A stretch of DNA of 64,000 nt from Camelus dromedarius. Its lineage: Eukaryota. Location: contig NC_087437.1 in NCBI RefSeq assembly GCF_036321535.1, positions 43,774,001 through 43,838,000 on the forward strand. Reading direction: 5' to 3'. This document shows positions 25,940 through 37,492 of the stretch, piece by piece (positions within the stretch are counted from its first letter, which is position 1; every line of letters begins with the position of its first letter). Under the pieces are notes generated by a model, which worked only from the letters and a program-made list of their open reading frames with translations, ran no database searches and was not told the origin of the DNA. Position numbers and translations under genes: made by a program.

Positions 25940-26330
25940 TTTCTGGACTCTCGGTTGCAAATAACAGAAATCCAACTTAAACCAGCTTAAGGAAAACAAT
26001 GTATACGCGGCTCGCGTGCTTAGGGGGCTCAAGGGTGTGGACACAGACTAGGGCTAATGCAGTGTCATCAGAACACATCCTGCCTTGGCTCTGCTTTTCT
26101 CTAGAAATTTTCTGTGAAGCGAGGGAGTTGCCCTCAGCAGCTAGGTCCAGAGCCTATATAACTATACAGAGAATTGCAACTCTCTGTCCCTTAAGAATTT
26201 ATAATTGGTGTTTTTGGATCAAAAATTTGCCTCTAGTGGTGGTGGCAGGGCCTTTTTCTAAATAGTTTTATAAAATTTATTTGGAGTGGAGAGAACCATT
26301 TTCCCAAAGGCAAGAATATAAGGCTAGGGA
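25940..26330. mobile_element. Ancient MaLR LTR (MLT1-like) fragment
   Basis: GGACTCTCGGTTGCAAATAACAGAAATCCAACTTAAACCAGCTTAAG is a typical old MLT1 end. Confidence 0.55.
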
Positions 26331-27437
26331 GAAAAAAAGTAGTATGTGTCCATAGATTGGAATGCTAGTATGGAAAATATAAAAATTGTATCAGTAGATA
26401 CAATAGTATACTTAATGGAAAAATCATGAAAGTGATGAAACCTCAAATATATATATTATTTTAAGAAAGCTGGAGGGGAAGTGTTACATAATATTTGAGA
26501 TGAGTTATTTTGTCTTACCTATACAAGACATTAAATTATTAAAACCATTCTGCATTCTAGTAGTCTTCTTCTTTTTAAATCATTAGATAATCATTTTATT
26601 TATATTTTAAAAAAGACTGTAAATTATATTTAGGGCTGTTTTCCTACAGTTATTTAAGACATGCTCTAGTATGGAAAAGTCTCACAGACATTCATGGTAA
26701 GCCATCCATCCAATAGACAAAGCTTGGGCTGCACACACCACTTAATATTTTTTTCTTATTTGGTATATTAACAGAACAGGAAAAGAGAAATTCTCAAGTC
26801 TCTTTTCCACCTCATAATCTAGCCATGTATCAGTAATTTTTGTAAAAAATGAATTTTCAAGATGTGATCATATTTTTAAAGGGTTTATAACATGATAAAA
26901 AAAGAAAACTGGGAATCATACAGTTATTCTTTTAGTTAATAAACCATTTGAGAATACCAGAGATATAATAAGGAAAGAAACAAAGCATACTCTGCATTAG
27001 AGGAAAAAGGAATAGTGATAAAGAACTTGAGTTTAACTTTTTTCAATAATTAAAATTCTGATTTCATGTATAGCCCTTCTCTGACTCTTCAATGAAACAT
27101 ATCGTTTAGTCAGATAAAGAGAAAGAAACCCTTTGTACTTCTTGAAATATTGATATTTGGAAAAAATCAATCAATGGTAATAGTAATAATAGTGATAGTA
27201 ATAATAAACAGCAATAGTAATAAAACTTTTATAAAATATACTCATTATTTCAGACATGGAAAATCATTTCCAAATGAAGATAGAAAACTTAATTCATAGA
27301 TCACATACAGAAGTATGTGTTTCTTAATATTATATGTTAAAAAAAATGAAGTTTTTGTGAATAAGAATTAAGCCCTTAATTCTTTCGTGGATCTTTAAAA
27401 TTATTTTATTTCTTGTTGAAAGGAAATTTCTTGCTTG

Positions 27438-27630
27438 AATTAGTCAAAATAGGCTAAAAGCTCTTACAAATAACATCAAAATGTCAGTGGCTTAATGCAA
27501 TAAAAGTTTACTTCTCATACACGAGGTCCAAAGTGGAAGTTCTGGATCCACTGGCTCCTGGGGTAGCTCTCCTCCAAGGAGAACGTTAAGGTCCCAGGCT
27601 CTTTTCATCCCGTGGCTCCTCCATGGAGGG
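27438..27630. mobile_element. MLT1-like LTR fragment
   Basis: CAGTGGCTTAATGCAATAAAAGTTTACTTCTCATAC...CCCAGGCTCTTTTCATCCCGTGGCTCC. Confidence 0.65.
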
Positions 27631-28034
27631 GACAGAGATTGGACCTCAGGCATTATAGAATTAAAATATTAGTACTTGCCACTATACTAATTTTCAGCAA
27701 AAGAACAAGAAATTGTAGAAACTCTGGATGGTCTATTAGCATAAAATATACTGTACTTTATGCATTAATTTCTCTATTACTGGGAATTTAAAAATTCTTA
27801 GGGAGAAATGAATACAAATTTTATTTGTGTGTGAAGGTTTATCTGATATTTTAAAATAGTACAGGCCTTTATGGTCAAAACAGATGTAAATAGAATTCAT
27901 AGTTTAGTTAGCAGGAATTCTTAATAGTAAATTTCAGTACTTTGGGGATTATGACAGGGACATTATTCAATTTCAAAATAACTTTTCCTACTTTATCTTT
28001 TTTACACATCATGGAAGGTATTTGGCACCTGTTT

Positions 28035-28650
28035 CCTTTTTTTAAACAAGTTTTCAAACGGAGTATATTTACATGGCTCCCCAAAAGAAAACAAAAAGGT
28101 ATGTAATGAAAAGCCCTTTTTCACCCTATCCTCAGTCAAATCAGTACATTTGATCTCCCCTTTATATGCGTAACTATACATAGCTTCTTATGTTTCCTTT
28201 CAGAATTTCTTCATGCATGTGCAAGTAAATATAATCATATCTCCTCTTTATACAAAGGTACTATATTTTACACACTGTTCTGTACTGTTTTTCTTTCACT
28301 TTATATATCTTGTCGTAGTTCCCAAAACTGTTTACAGAAAATTTCCTCATTCTGTTTAGTCCCCCCCAACAGCTGCATTTATAGTACATTCTATTGTATT
28401 AATGTACTATAATTTTACTAGTCTCCTGTAGATAGAGTTTTAGGTTATTCTGAACTTTTGTTATTATAACAAATAATATTGTACATGCATTATTTCTATA
28501 GAATCAAATCCCAAAAGCAATTTGCTGGCTCCAGGGGAATATAATTCTGGTGTTTGGAATTTTGATTGTTACCAAATAGCTCTCTGTAGAGGGGTATGAC
28601 AGTTTATATACTCCCGTCAGAAATGTTGGAGAATGCCTATTTCCTACAGT
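28035..28650 (-). mobile_element. Old L1ME-like 3' fragment, antisense
   Basis: CACACTGTTCTGTAC...TTCTATTGTATTAATGTACTATAATTT...TTTAGGTTATTCTGAACTTTTGTTATTATAACAAAT. Confidence 0.65.
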
Positions 28651-31007
28651 TGTTTATTTTTCCAATGAAAAATTTAATTACCTGAAATTTCTAGTTGCGA
28701 CATTATTCAAGAAACAAAACCATCAAGTTCTTCAACCTATTTCAACTGTCTAAAGAGATCAGAGTGCTGAATTTTAGATTTGAACAGTTTCACGTAGAAC
28801 TCTTCTAAAATACGTACAATGGAATATGTCCATAAATACATATGTATTGCTGACAGAGAAGAACAAGGGTCTATATCGTTAAGATTGTCCTCCCTATTTG
28901 AGTGGGATTAGCTAGCAATCTTGGAACATAGTGTTCTTAGCTAAAGCTCAAATTCGGCTGGAGAATCTCACTTCAGCTCTGATACAGTCTTTAGTATTCC
29001 CGAAATTCGTTTCGAAAACTATAAATTTCTTAAGGCTCTCTACCTGTTTAACTCGTGTTTCTGTTATGTAGTAATTTAGCAACAGATAATGTTGTAATAG
29101 TGTTCATTGTTCAGTTACATGAAATCCTCACCACATTGATGCTTCAAGTTAGTACAATACAGTCTTTTGCAGTCAAAACAATCAATCTTTTCCAATATAA
29201 TTTCATATGCAATCTTAAATAAAAATCATATTAGCATACTAAGGTTAAAGTCAGTTGTGTAACAGGGGCTTCTCATTAAAATGATTTAATTATAACATAT
29301 GTACATAAAATGCCTTGAAAAGCAGATCACTCTATGCTTTACATTATTAACATTAATTAATGATGGATTTAAAAGCTTTAAAGCAAATACTTATTAGTCT
29401 AAATCTACTTTTGGATAAATTCACAAAATGTTCAAAAGCCCATGAGTCAAGGTTTAGTTACAGAATGCCAAAAGTTCAACTAAAAAGTACATTCAAGTGA
29501 ATTCAGTTGATTGAGGTGTTAATGGACACACAAAATCAGGTTGTGAATTTTTGTCTCTACCTTAAATGAATGGAATTATCTCAGACCAAAAATTTTAGGT
29601 AAGGTAAGTTTTTTAAAATCTGAACTGACCTGATCTTCTTGGTTCCTAGATTTAGATTGGATTGCCTATTTCTCTAGAGTAAGTCACAGGCATTCGTAAT
29701 ACAGCCAAAAGTTCAAAGGTTCCCTTACAAAAGCTTCCTAATCTCTTTCTCTATTTTTCTGGGCTTTGGTTTTGTTTTCTTGCTTTTAGTTTAGGGGCTT
29801 CACACCATTTAAGATTTTATCTCTGTGGTTTAATGATAATGTGTTTGCCTAAGCCTGAAAGTTGAGCAAAACTGAAACAAAGAGAGTGGTACTCTTATCC
29901 TACGCAGCGTTTTCCCAGTTCTGCCAAAATTAATCCCCTCAAATATTCTGCTTGTTTCTACATGGAAAGAGGCACCTTCAAGTCTTTTACCCTGCAGGAG
30001 ATCTCCTAGGAAAATGCAAATCATTGTAAGAATCTGATAGAGGTTTTTCATTTTGATTTGTGTTTTTGTTTTTTCTTTTTTTCTCCTTTCTTTTTCTCTT
30101 TTTTTTAAAAATTTCTATTCGAAAGCCTTGGTAGTAGAGCAAGGCACCCATTTTCTTTTATCTGATAGAGAAAACTTTCCTCTAGCCTTTCGTGCTTACA
30201 GTAAATAGGGAATAGAACTGTTTCTGATTTCTATTTAATTCTTTCATTCCAGTCCTACTACTGTTTTCTTGTTTGTCTAAAACAACTTGTGATTTCACAT
30301 CTGCCAATTTACCCTTGCTCTCATTAAAACTTCAACTGAAAAACCTTTCTTTCAAAAAGTTTGACCCTACTTACAGAGGCCTAGCTAAAATTCCTTCCAT
30401 TCCTTAGTATTAATTAAAACCACCTTTCCCCTAGGCAGTCCCATTGTATAAAAATAATACAACAAAAGCAGATAGAAATACAGTGACAGCAGAAACAAAG
30501 GGGAAGGAGAAGGAAAATGGGAGAAATGGTCATTTATTTTGGAATCTTTAGCTGTATGCTCATTGTGGGTGGATACTCATATATTAAGTAACCAGTTTGG
30601 CTTTTATTTTCAAGTTCACTCCTCAGATCTTTATTCAGCTTCCTTTCTTCTAAAATTGACAGTACAGAGGGACCATCATACAGTTATTAAAACTAAGCAG
30701 AATGCATCCATCTGGCGTGCCTTTCAGGAATCCAGCCCACTAATTTTTTCTATGGTTTGATGACTCACCCCTCTAAGATGCAGTACAGGGAAGAATTTCC
30801 TCTTTTTGCAGAACTGCCAAATCTCATTCATTGGAGCAAAGGCTCCTCATTTGGGGCTCATTTAAAACAGTTGTTTATCTGCTTAAATTTTTTTTTTTTT
30901 TAAAAACCTCTCTCAGCAAAGGGAGTTTGTCATGATTTTCTCAATAGCGATTAAACATAAGCTTCCTCCCCGTCTGTGAAGCTTCAGCTTTCTGGCCACT
31001 GAGCCTA

Positions 31008-31112
31008 GTTCCCCTCCTCCCCTTTCCTCTCCCCTTCCTCCCCTTCTCCCTTTTCCCCTCACCCCCTTTCCTTTCCCCTTTATCCCTTTCCCCTTCTCTT
31101 TTTTTCTCTCTC
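31008..31112. repeat. Polypyrimidine/polypurine low-complexity tract with many C3-C5 runs
   Basis: CCCCTCCTCCCCTTTCCTCTCCCCTTCCTCCCCTTCTCCC...; almost purine-free on the + strand. Confidence 0.9.
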
Positions 31113-31720
31113 ATCTCAGCTACATCTCTTGGCCTCATTTGTTTCTAAGAGGTTCCTGTTTCTTATCTTCCATTCAGATACAAGTCTCATTTAACTCTTG
31201 AAAAAAAACAACACCTTGTTTTATTTTTGTCTTCTTACTTTTAAAGCTGTTCACCTAAGATCCCTCTTCACTTACTCCCCCCCCCCCCCCTTTATTTTTA
31301 AGTCATAATAATTAAGCTTTAGGAAGTGCAGACTGCAGGCACAACGCCAAGTACCCTCCCGGCGCTCTCTCTCCCGACGGAGGTGCCTTTATTCTGCTCC
31401 ACAGACAAAGACACGGCCTCAAATAACAAGCGCAATTAAGGCCCTCAAGCTGGAAGCCAGGAGGCTCAGCGCTATACACAGCCACCTGATTCTGGAGGCG
31501 AAAGCACTTAAAAAATAATTTTTAAAAACTCTTACTAGGTACAGAAAAGAATTTGTAAAATATAATGAAAGAAGCTCATCTTTTTCCCATCATGGGGCAA
31601 GTTTTCCAGTTTTGCCCGCTTTAAAAAACAACAAAACCTTCCCTATACTCAGCCTGTCGCCTTTTACCACGGCTTCTCGAGTCCCCCTTCCCACTTCGCT
31701 CGGCAAACGTCTCTTTTATT

Positions 31721-31730
31721 ATGACTCAGC
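31721..31730 (+). promoter_or_regulatory. AP-1 site / ARE core
   Basis: ATGACTCAGC contains TGACTCA (AP-1) and fits RTGACnnnGC (NRF2/MAF ARE core) at the 5' edge of the island. Motif match only. Confidence 0.55.
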
Positions 31731-31779
31731 CCAGCCCGCTCCTTGCCAAGCGGCTGACGCTCGCGGCGGAGGCGCCGGG

Positions 31780-31902
31780 GCCGCCGCTCGGGGGCGAGGG
31801 CTCGCGCGCTCCTCCCGCTTTACGGCTGCTGAAAACCCGGCCCGCGCCCGGCAGCCGTACCGCAGACGAGCCCGCGCCCGCGCCCGCGCCCGCGCCGCTC
31901 AG
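31780..31902 (+). other. Candidate non-coding first exon 1a (start approximate)
   Basis: Donor CTCAG|gtaatc at 31902/31903 directly after (GCCCGC)4 at 31870-31893. Confidence 0.45.
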
Positions 31903-31949
31903 GTAATCCGAGTCCCTCTGTTTCCAAAGTTTTGCCAAAACCAGCTGGG

Positions 31950-32319
31950 CGCTCTGAGGCGGCGCGGCCTCGGCCCAGAGGTCCGGTTCTCGCTCTCGTC
32001 CTCCCGCCCCGACTGCGGCTGAGGCCGCACCCCTGCGCGGGTCCCAGGGCGCCAACCGGGGCGTCGAATCCCCGAGGCTGAGGGGAGCTCGGGCGGCGGA
32101 GACCTGGTGGGGCCGCGCGCGGGGCCCCCGGCTCCAGCCGCCCCCGGGCACCCGCCGGCCTGAGCAGCCCCGGCCCCCCGCCTCGAGGCCCCCGCCCACC
32201 TCCCGAAGCCGGCTGTCGAAGAGCACGGCCCCGCAGCTCCCGAGCGCCTGCGTCTGACACGTTCACACCTGCACACACGCCCGCCGGGCCGGTCGCCCGG
32301 GCGTCCTGACGGGACGCAG
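31950..32319 (+). other. Candidate non-coding first exon 1b (start approximate)
   Basis: Donor GCAG|gtaaag at 32319/32320 near the 3' side of the CpG island; no + strand ATG seen in this GC-rich stretch. Confidence 0.55.
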
Positions 32320-33575
32320 GTAAAGACCGCGGCGCTGCAGACCCTGCTTGAGGGTGGCTCGCCCGGAGGGACGCCCCCGCGCGTGGAATGCCGTCCCGGA
32401 GGACGCGCAGGAAGGCTTGCTCGAGGAAGCTGATGAGGGGCTGTTGAAAGAGCAGCCTGTGACCAGCGCTTGCGCTGATTTCTACCCTAGTGTCTCGCTT
32501 ACTTCCACGTTTGACCTGAGGTCTTCTGCCATGTTTCTCCACCCTCTTGTCCGCCCCCTTCTTTTTCCACATTTTAAAAATTATTAGTATTTTTTTTTCA
32601 GTTTTCCTCTGTATTGGGTGTCTCATCTATTAGTGTCTGTCTACTTTTATCCCGCACTGTTAGAAGAAGATACAGCATCCTTTACTTTTCTATCGTCCTT
32701 ATCAGTTAATATTTGCTTACTATGGCTTGAACATCCTGAGGAGTAGAGTAATGGATTCTGGACCTGTGCATGTGACTAAGTTATTGGGCTGTGTGTCCTA
32801 CTGTCTCGGCCATGCAGAATAGAGGACACAGGTTTGTCTGCAATCGACCGTAGATACCTAGATAATGGTGTTACTGGACTGCGTTTTAACAAGCAGTTAC
32901 GTCACAGGTTCCTACAGCATTTATTCCATTCAACTCGATCCGGTAATAATTCTTTGAATGCCAATCATGGGTGACTGGTTAAGAGAGAAAAGTGATCCAG
33001 TTCCTGTCTTCCAGAGATTACATATCCAGGACATTACTAACCTGGTGAGCACTGGGATGGTGGTACAGACTGCTCTGGGTGAATGAGGGAGGAAAGGATT
33101 AATGAAAGGGTTGGCTTTTAAACTGGGCTTTGATGTTTGAGTACGATTTTCCCCGTTTTCTTTTATTTCCCCCTCTACGAATTCTTAATAGAAAGAAGAG
33201 ATCTTTCAAGAATACTTTCACCTCAAACTGCTCAGAGTTTTTTCTTTACAATTGGCAGTAATCTCTGATCTCAGGACTTATGGGGAATGTAAAAGTAATT
33301 CTTCATAAGGGTGATCTAATGTATTCCTGGTACCATACAAATAGTATTTTAGACTATTAAAGGACCAACAAGAGTAAAATGATACAATCATTACTTATGA
33401 AAAGATTCCCATAGAAATACTTCCTCATTCTTTTAATCAACAAATATTTATCGAGTGTTTAATGTGTGCGAAGCATTGTTCTTGGCACTGGAATAAAGTA
33501 GTGCCTTCTTGGAATGCACATTCTAGTAGAGGGAGACAATATATAATACATAGAAAAGTGTAAGGTGATAGTATA

Positions 33576-33889
33576 CAGGAATACCTCAGATATTGTGGAT
33601 TTGGTTCCAGACCATCACAATGAAGGGAGTATCACAATGAAGGAAGTCACATGAATTTTTCCTAGTTTCTTAATGCATATGAAAATTACATTTATGCTAT
33701 ACTGTAGTCTATAAGTGTGCAATAGCATTATATCTAAAAAACAATGTACATACTTTGATTAAAAATACTTTATTGCTGCAAAATGCTAATCATCTGACAA
33801 TATATGGTTGCCATAAACCTTCAAATTGTTAAAAAAAAAAATATCTGTGAAGTGCAATAAGGGAATTGCAATAAAATGAGGTGTGCCTG
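33576..33889 (-). mobile_element. Internally deleted Tigger1-family element with both ends
   Basis: TIRs CAGGAATACCTC...GAGGTGTGCCTG flanked by TA at 33574-33575 and 33890-33891; Tigger1-type subterminal sequence. Confidence 0.88.
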
Positions 33890-33923
33890 TAATGAGTGCT
33901 GTGGAGAAACATAGCAAGAAGGG

Positions 33924-33945
33924 GTGTGTGTGTGTGTGTGTGTGT
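33924..33945. repeat. (GT)11 microsatellite
   Basis: Directly visible. Confidence 0.95.
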
Positions 33946-34547
33946 TTAGCAGTTCAAGATAGAATTGTAAGGGAAGGCCTCCAGAGAAAGGGATATTTCA
34001 GTAGACTTGAAGCAGGTGAGGGAGTGAGCCATATGATAGCTGAAGTATGAGTTTTCCAGGCTTAAAGAATAGAAAATGCAAAGGCCCTACAAACGTGTGT
34101 GCAAGGATCAGCAAAGAAGCCAGTGTGGGTGGAATGGAGTAGAGGAAGGAGGAAAGAAGGGAATGTGGCCTTAAATGAAATAGAGGGTAGATAATAATAA
34201 ATGGTCTAGTAAGCTATTGTAACAACTCTGGTTTTTACTAGAAGTGATATAGGAAAGCTGCGGAGTGTTTTCATCAGAACTGTCTGACAGAGCTGTTTAA
34301 TTCCATTACTCTTGCTACTGAGTTGAGAACAGATCGAAGAAAGATAAGGGCAGAAAAAAGGGTATCAGTTGAGCTATTATAATAAACCATGTGACAGAGA
34401 TGGTAGCTTAGACCAGGATGGTAAAAGTGGAGGTGGTGAAAAGTTCAGATTCTGGATGTACTTTGACAGTACAATCCATGGGATTTGCTGACAGGTTAGA
34501 TACAGAGTGTGAGAGCAAATGAAATTAAGGACAACTTAATTGCCTAA

Positions 34548-34630
34548 AACGTTGATCGCCACATCACCCAAATCTGAGTGGAGAGTTGTGTTTCCTCGGG
34601 GCACTCGATCCACAGTGGGCGATCAATGTG
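34548..34630. mobile_element. 83-bp piggyBac-like MITE
   Basis: Inverted ends AACGTTGATCGCCAC / GTGGGCGATCAATGTG, flanked by CTAA (34544-47) and TTAA (34631-34); removal restores L2-like GCCTAAGCAACTG. Confidence 0.65.
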
Positions 34631-36712
34631 TTAAGCAACTGAAAAGATAAAACTTCTTATTATTGAGACAGAGAAGATACAGCAGTAAAAAGACATGGTG
34701 GTGAGGATTAAGAATTTGGATTTGGACATGTTAAGGGTTAGATGCATTTTAAATATCCAAGTGGGGATGTCAGGCAGGCAGTCTGAAGGCCAAGCTAACG
34801 ATGTGTGTTTCGGATTCTCCAGTATACATAGAGACTGGATAAGCCCATCAAAAATATGTGGGGTTAGAAAACAAGAGGATCAAGGACTGAGCCTTGGAGC
34901 CCTCCAACATGATGTGGTGAGGAGCAACCAGCAAAAGATTCTGAAAAAGAGCTGTATGCTAGGCAAGAGGAAGAGTAGGAGAGCGTGGAAACATGGAAGC
35001 CAAATGAAGGAAGTGTTTGAAGAAGTAAGGGGCTTGTCAGCTATTTTAAAGATGAGGATTGAGAATTGATTTAGCCAAGGAAATCACTGATGACCTTGAA
35101 GGTATCAGTTTCCATGGAGCTGTAGGTGGTGAAGGCTTGTTTGGAATGTTTGACAGAGTAGTAGAAAAAGAGACATTAAAGAGGGTGATAGAGTACATCC
35201 CTTGAAGATTTTTATTGAAAAGAAAGGGAGAGAAATAGATCATTAATTGGAGGGCTATGTTCTGTAAAGAGTTTTAAAAGATGTACAAAACCATGGGATA
35301 TTGATATTTTTGTGAGAAAGAGCCAATGGAGGTGGAAAATTGACAGTGCAGAAGAGATGGAGGAATAGTATTCTTAAGTGTGTTTGGGAGGATGCAACAG
35401 GAGAGGTTATCTGTTTCTATGGTTATGGGCAATTTATCTATAGTAATAAGAGAAGAGAGACTGTGTGGACACAGATGCAGGTGGGGTTGTGTGGTGGTTC
35501 TCTTTGGATTCCTTCTCTTATTGTGTCGTGTGGCATATAGTGGATGAGAAATCTGTAGGAACTTTTACCTCTTTTCCTATTTGATCTGAGATATACTTGG
35601 TGAGAAAATACTTTGAGATTCTGAGAATTTCTTGAAGCAAAGAACTTTGTGTTTTCTTGAGGAAAGAAAAGGGGGGAATTTTTGCCTTGAGTTCTGTTTG
35701 GGAGAAGACTTGGAAAGGAAGTTGAGATTATAAAGTTAGAGGTGAAGAAGTAAATAAAATAAGCAAGATTATATCATGTCATTTGGGAAAGTCTATGATG
35801 AGGAGAGTAAAAAAATTGAATCTACGGCCAGTGGTGCTGGATAACTGTAGTAATGTTCTAAGACCATTATTATCATATCAAGGAGACAGTTTACTTTTTA
35901 AGTACCAAGTGTGATTTAATAGAAAACAGTGTTGTTGCTCTTGAATCTACTTGTAGAGAGGTGGTATTATGTTAGCTAGAAATAGATTTCAGTTGGATTT
36001 TGAAAATGATATAATGAAGACCAGATTGGCAACAAATTGGGGGTAGGTAAAGGACATTTTGACAACATTGCTTGTGGATACAGAGCCATTTGACAAGATG
36101 GAGAGAATTTTGCAGTTGTAAGTAGTACCTTGTTTGAGATGCCTTTCCTTCAGTTGTTTAGGAACCACTTGTTTATTGAATTGTAATTATGAAATAGGGT
36201 TTTGTGTGAGGTCTTGGCAGGAGAGGGTGATACCAAGATGCAAATGACATGATCCCTGCCTTCAAATTACCATTTCTAGGAGAGAAAAAAAGAAAAGAAC
36301 ATACACAGATGTTTTGAGAGAATTGATAAATGCCATGTGAAGAGTACTGGGTGCTTTGAGAGGTTTTTTTTTTTTTTTAGTTTATTGTGGAAATTATCAG
36401 ACACTTAAAAGTAGAGCGAATAGGATGATGAACCCTAGTGTACTCATCTCCCTTCAAAATCTCTTGATTTTCTGCTGATCTTGTATGTTGTGGGAGAGTA
36501 GAAAAGGGAGAGATTGTTTCTGTTTGTAGATCAGCAAAGGAAGATGTCATGGAGCTTGTCCTATATGGAAAGGTAGAAAGAACATTGAACTGAATTAATT
36601 GTGGAGTTCTTGCTTCTAATTCTGTACCTGCCAGTGGCTTGCTGGCTGACTTTCTGTTACTCAATTCATCTCTCTGTTCTTCACTTTCTCGGTAGAGTGT
36701 GGTTGTTTTCTA

Positions 36713-36924
36713 CATGAGGAGGCTGTAGACATTGGCCTCAGGCCACATTCAGCCTGCTACCTGTATTTATAAGTAGGGTATTATTGGAACACAACTGCAT
36801 CCCTCAGTTTATTGTCTGTGTCTGTGTTTGCCATAGAGTTTTGTAGTTGAGGCAGAGACAGTATGGCTGGAGAAGCCGAAAATATTTATTGTCAGGCCCT
36901 TTACAAAATGCTTGCCAAGTCCTG
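36713..36924. mobile_element. MER58A-like hAT MITE
   Basis: TTATTGGAACACAAC...AGTTGAGGCAGAGACAGTATGGC...AAGCCGAAAATATTTATTGTCAGGCCCTTTACA...TTGCCAAGTCCTG. Confidence 0.8.
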
Positions 36925-36984
36925 TCCTATGTGATCTCTAATATTCTTTTAGTTCCAATATGTTAATCTATTACCTGACTAAAA

Positions 36985-37215
36985 ATTAGTAATAATAGGT
37001 AATATCTTTTGAGCATTTACTAACAGCCAGCGCTGTTGTTTTGGTTTGCATGTGCTAACTCATTTAATCTGCACCAAAACCCTATCATGTGAGTTCTGTT
37101 ATTTCTGCAAATGAAACTAAGGCATAAGGTGGTTGAGTTAACTTGCCCAAGGTTACATGGTAGTAAGTAGTGGAGTGAGGCAGTCCTGTTACAGCATTTA
37201 TATCCTTAATTATAA
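36985..37215 (-). mobile_element. MIR SINE
   Basis: AACTCATTTAATCTGCAC...GAAACTAAGGCATAAGGTGGTTGAGTTAACTTGCCCAAGGTTACA. Confidence 0.8.
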
Positions 37216-37383
37216 TGATGCATTCTCTTTAGATACATAGAAAAATTATATGAAAAAATGTGAAAAAGAATTTAGTCAACCAGAGAATGAAAATTCATAA
37301 GTCAATGATTTGCACTTGTTCTGTAGGGTGATTATAAATGTAAAGGTTTTAGGATGCTGACTAATCCTAAATGTGCATTACAG

Positions 37384-37492
37384 TTGAATAGTGTATGAAA
37401 TCCAGATATGCCTGGATAGAAAAATCTGGTGCATCATTTTTTTCTCATGAAGCCTCAGTGGATTTTTGAAAGCAGAACGTTTTGCTTAAAAA
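37384..37492 (+). other. Candidate internal exon (109 nt), probably 5' UTR
   Basis: Branch-like CTGAC/CTAAT upstream, acceptor cattacag|, donor AAA|gtaagt; weak pyrimidine tract. Confidence 0.4.

Larger units (their letters stand above)
31650..32500. promoter_or_regulatory. CpG island promoter
   Basis: Only strongly GC- and CpG-rich segment of the window; GC-box-like CCCCGCCC/CCCGCCCC motifs; splice donors at 31903 and 32320. Confidence 0.92.
33430..35245 (-). mobile_element. Long L2 fragment, antisense, interrupted by younger insertions
   Basis: TCAACAAATATTTATCGAGTG.., AGGGAAGGCCTC.., GATGGTAGCTTAGACCAGG.., TTTGGACATGTTAAG.., GATGAGGATTGAGAATTG follow reverse L2 consensus order. Confidence 0.85.

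Noticed and set aside
29596..29610. Strong + strand donor-like AAG|GTAAGT upstream of the island
   Set aside because: No associated promoter or acceptor-defined exon could be identified.
31612..32626. Long overlapping ORFs (136, 166, 268, 125 aa) across the CpG island
   Set aside because: Low-complexity Arg/Gly/Ala/Pro translations in several frames on both strands are expected from stop-poor GC-rich DNA; no recognisable domain.
34695..35069. 124-aa ORF
   Set aside because: Lies wholly in the antisense L2; chance open frame.
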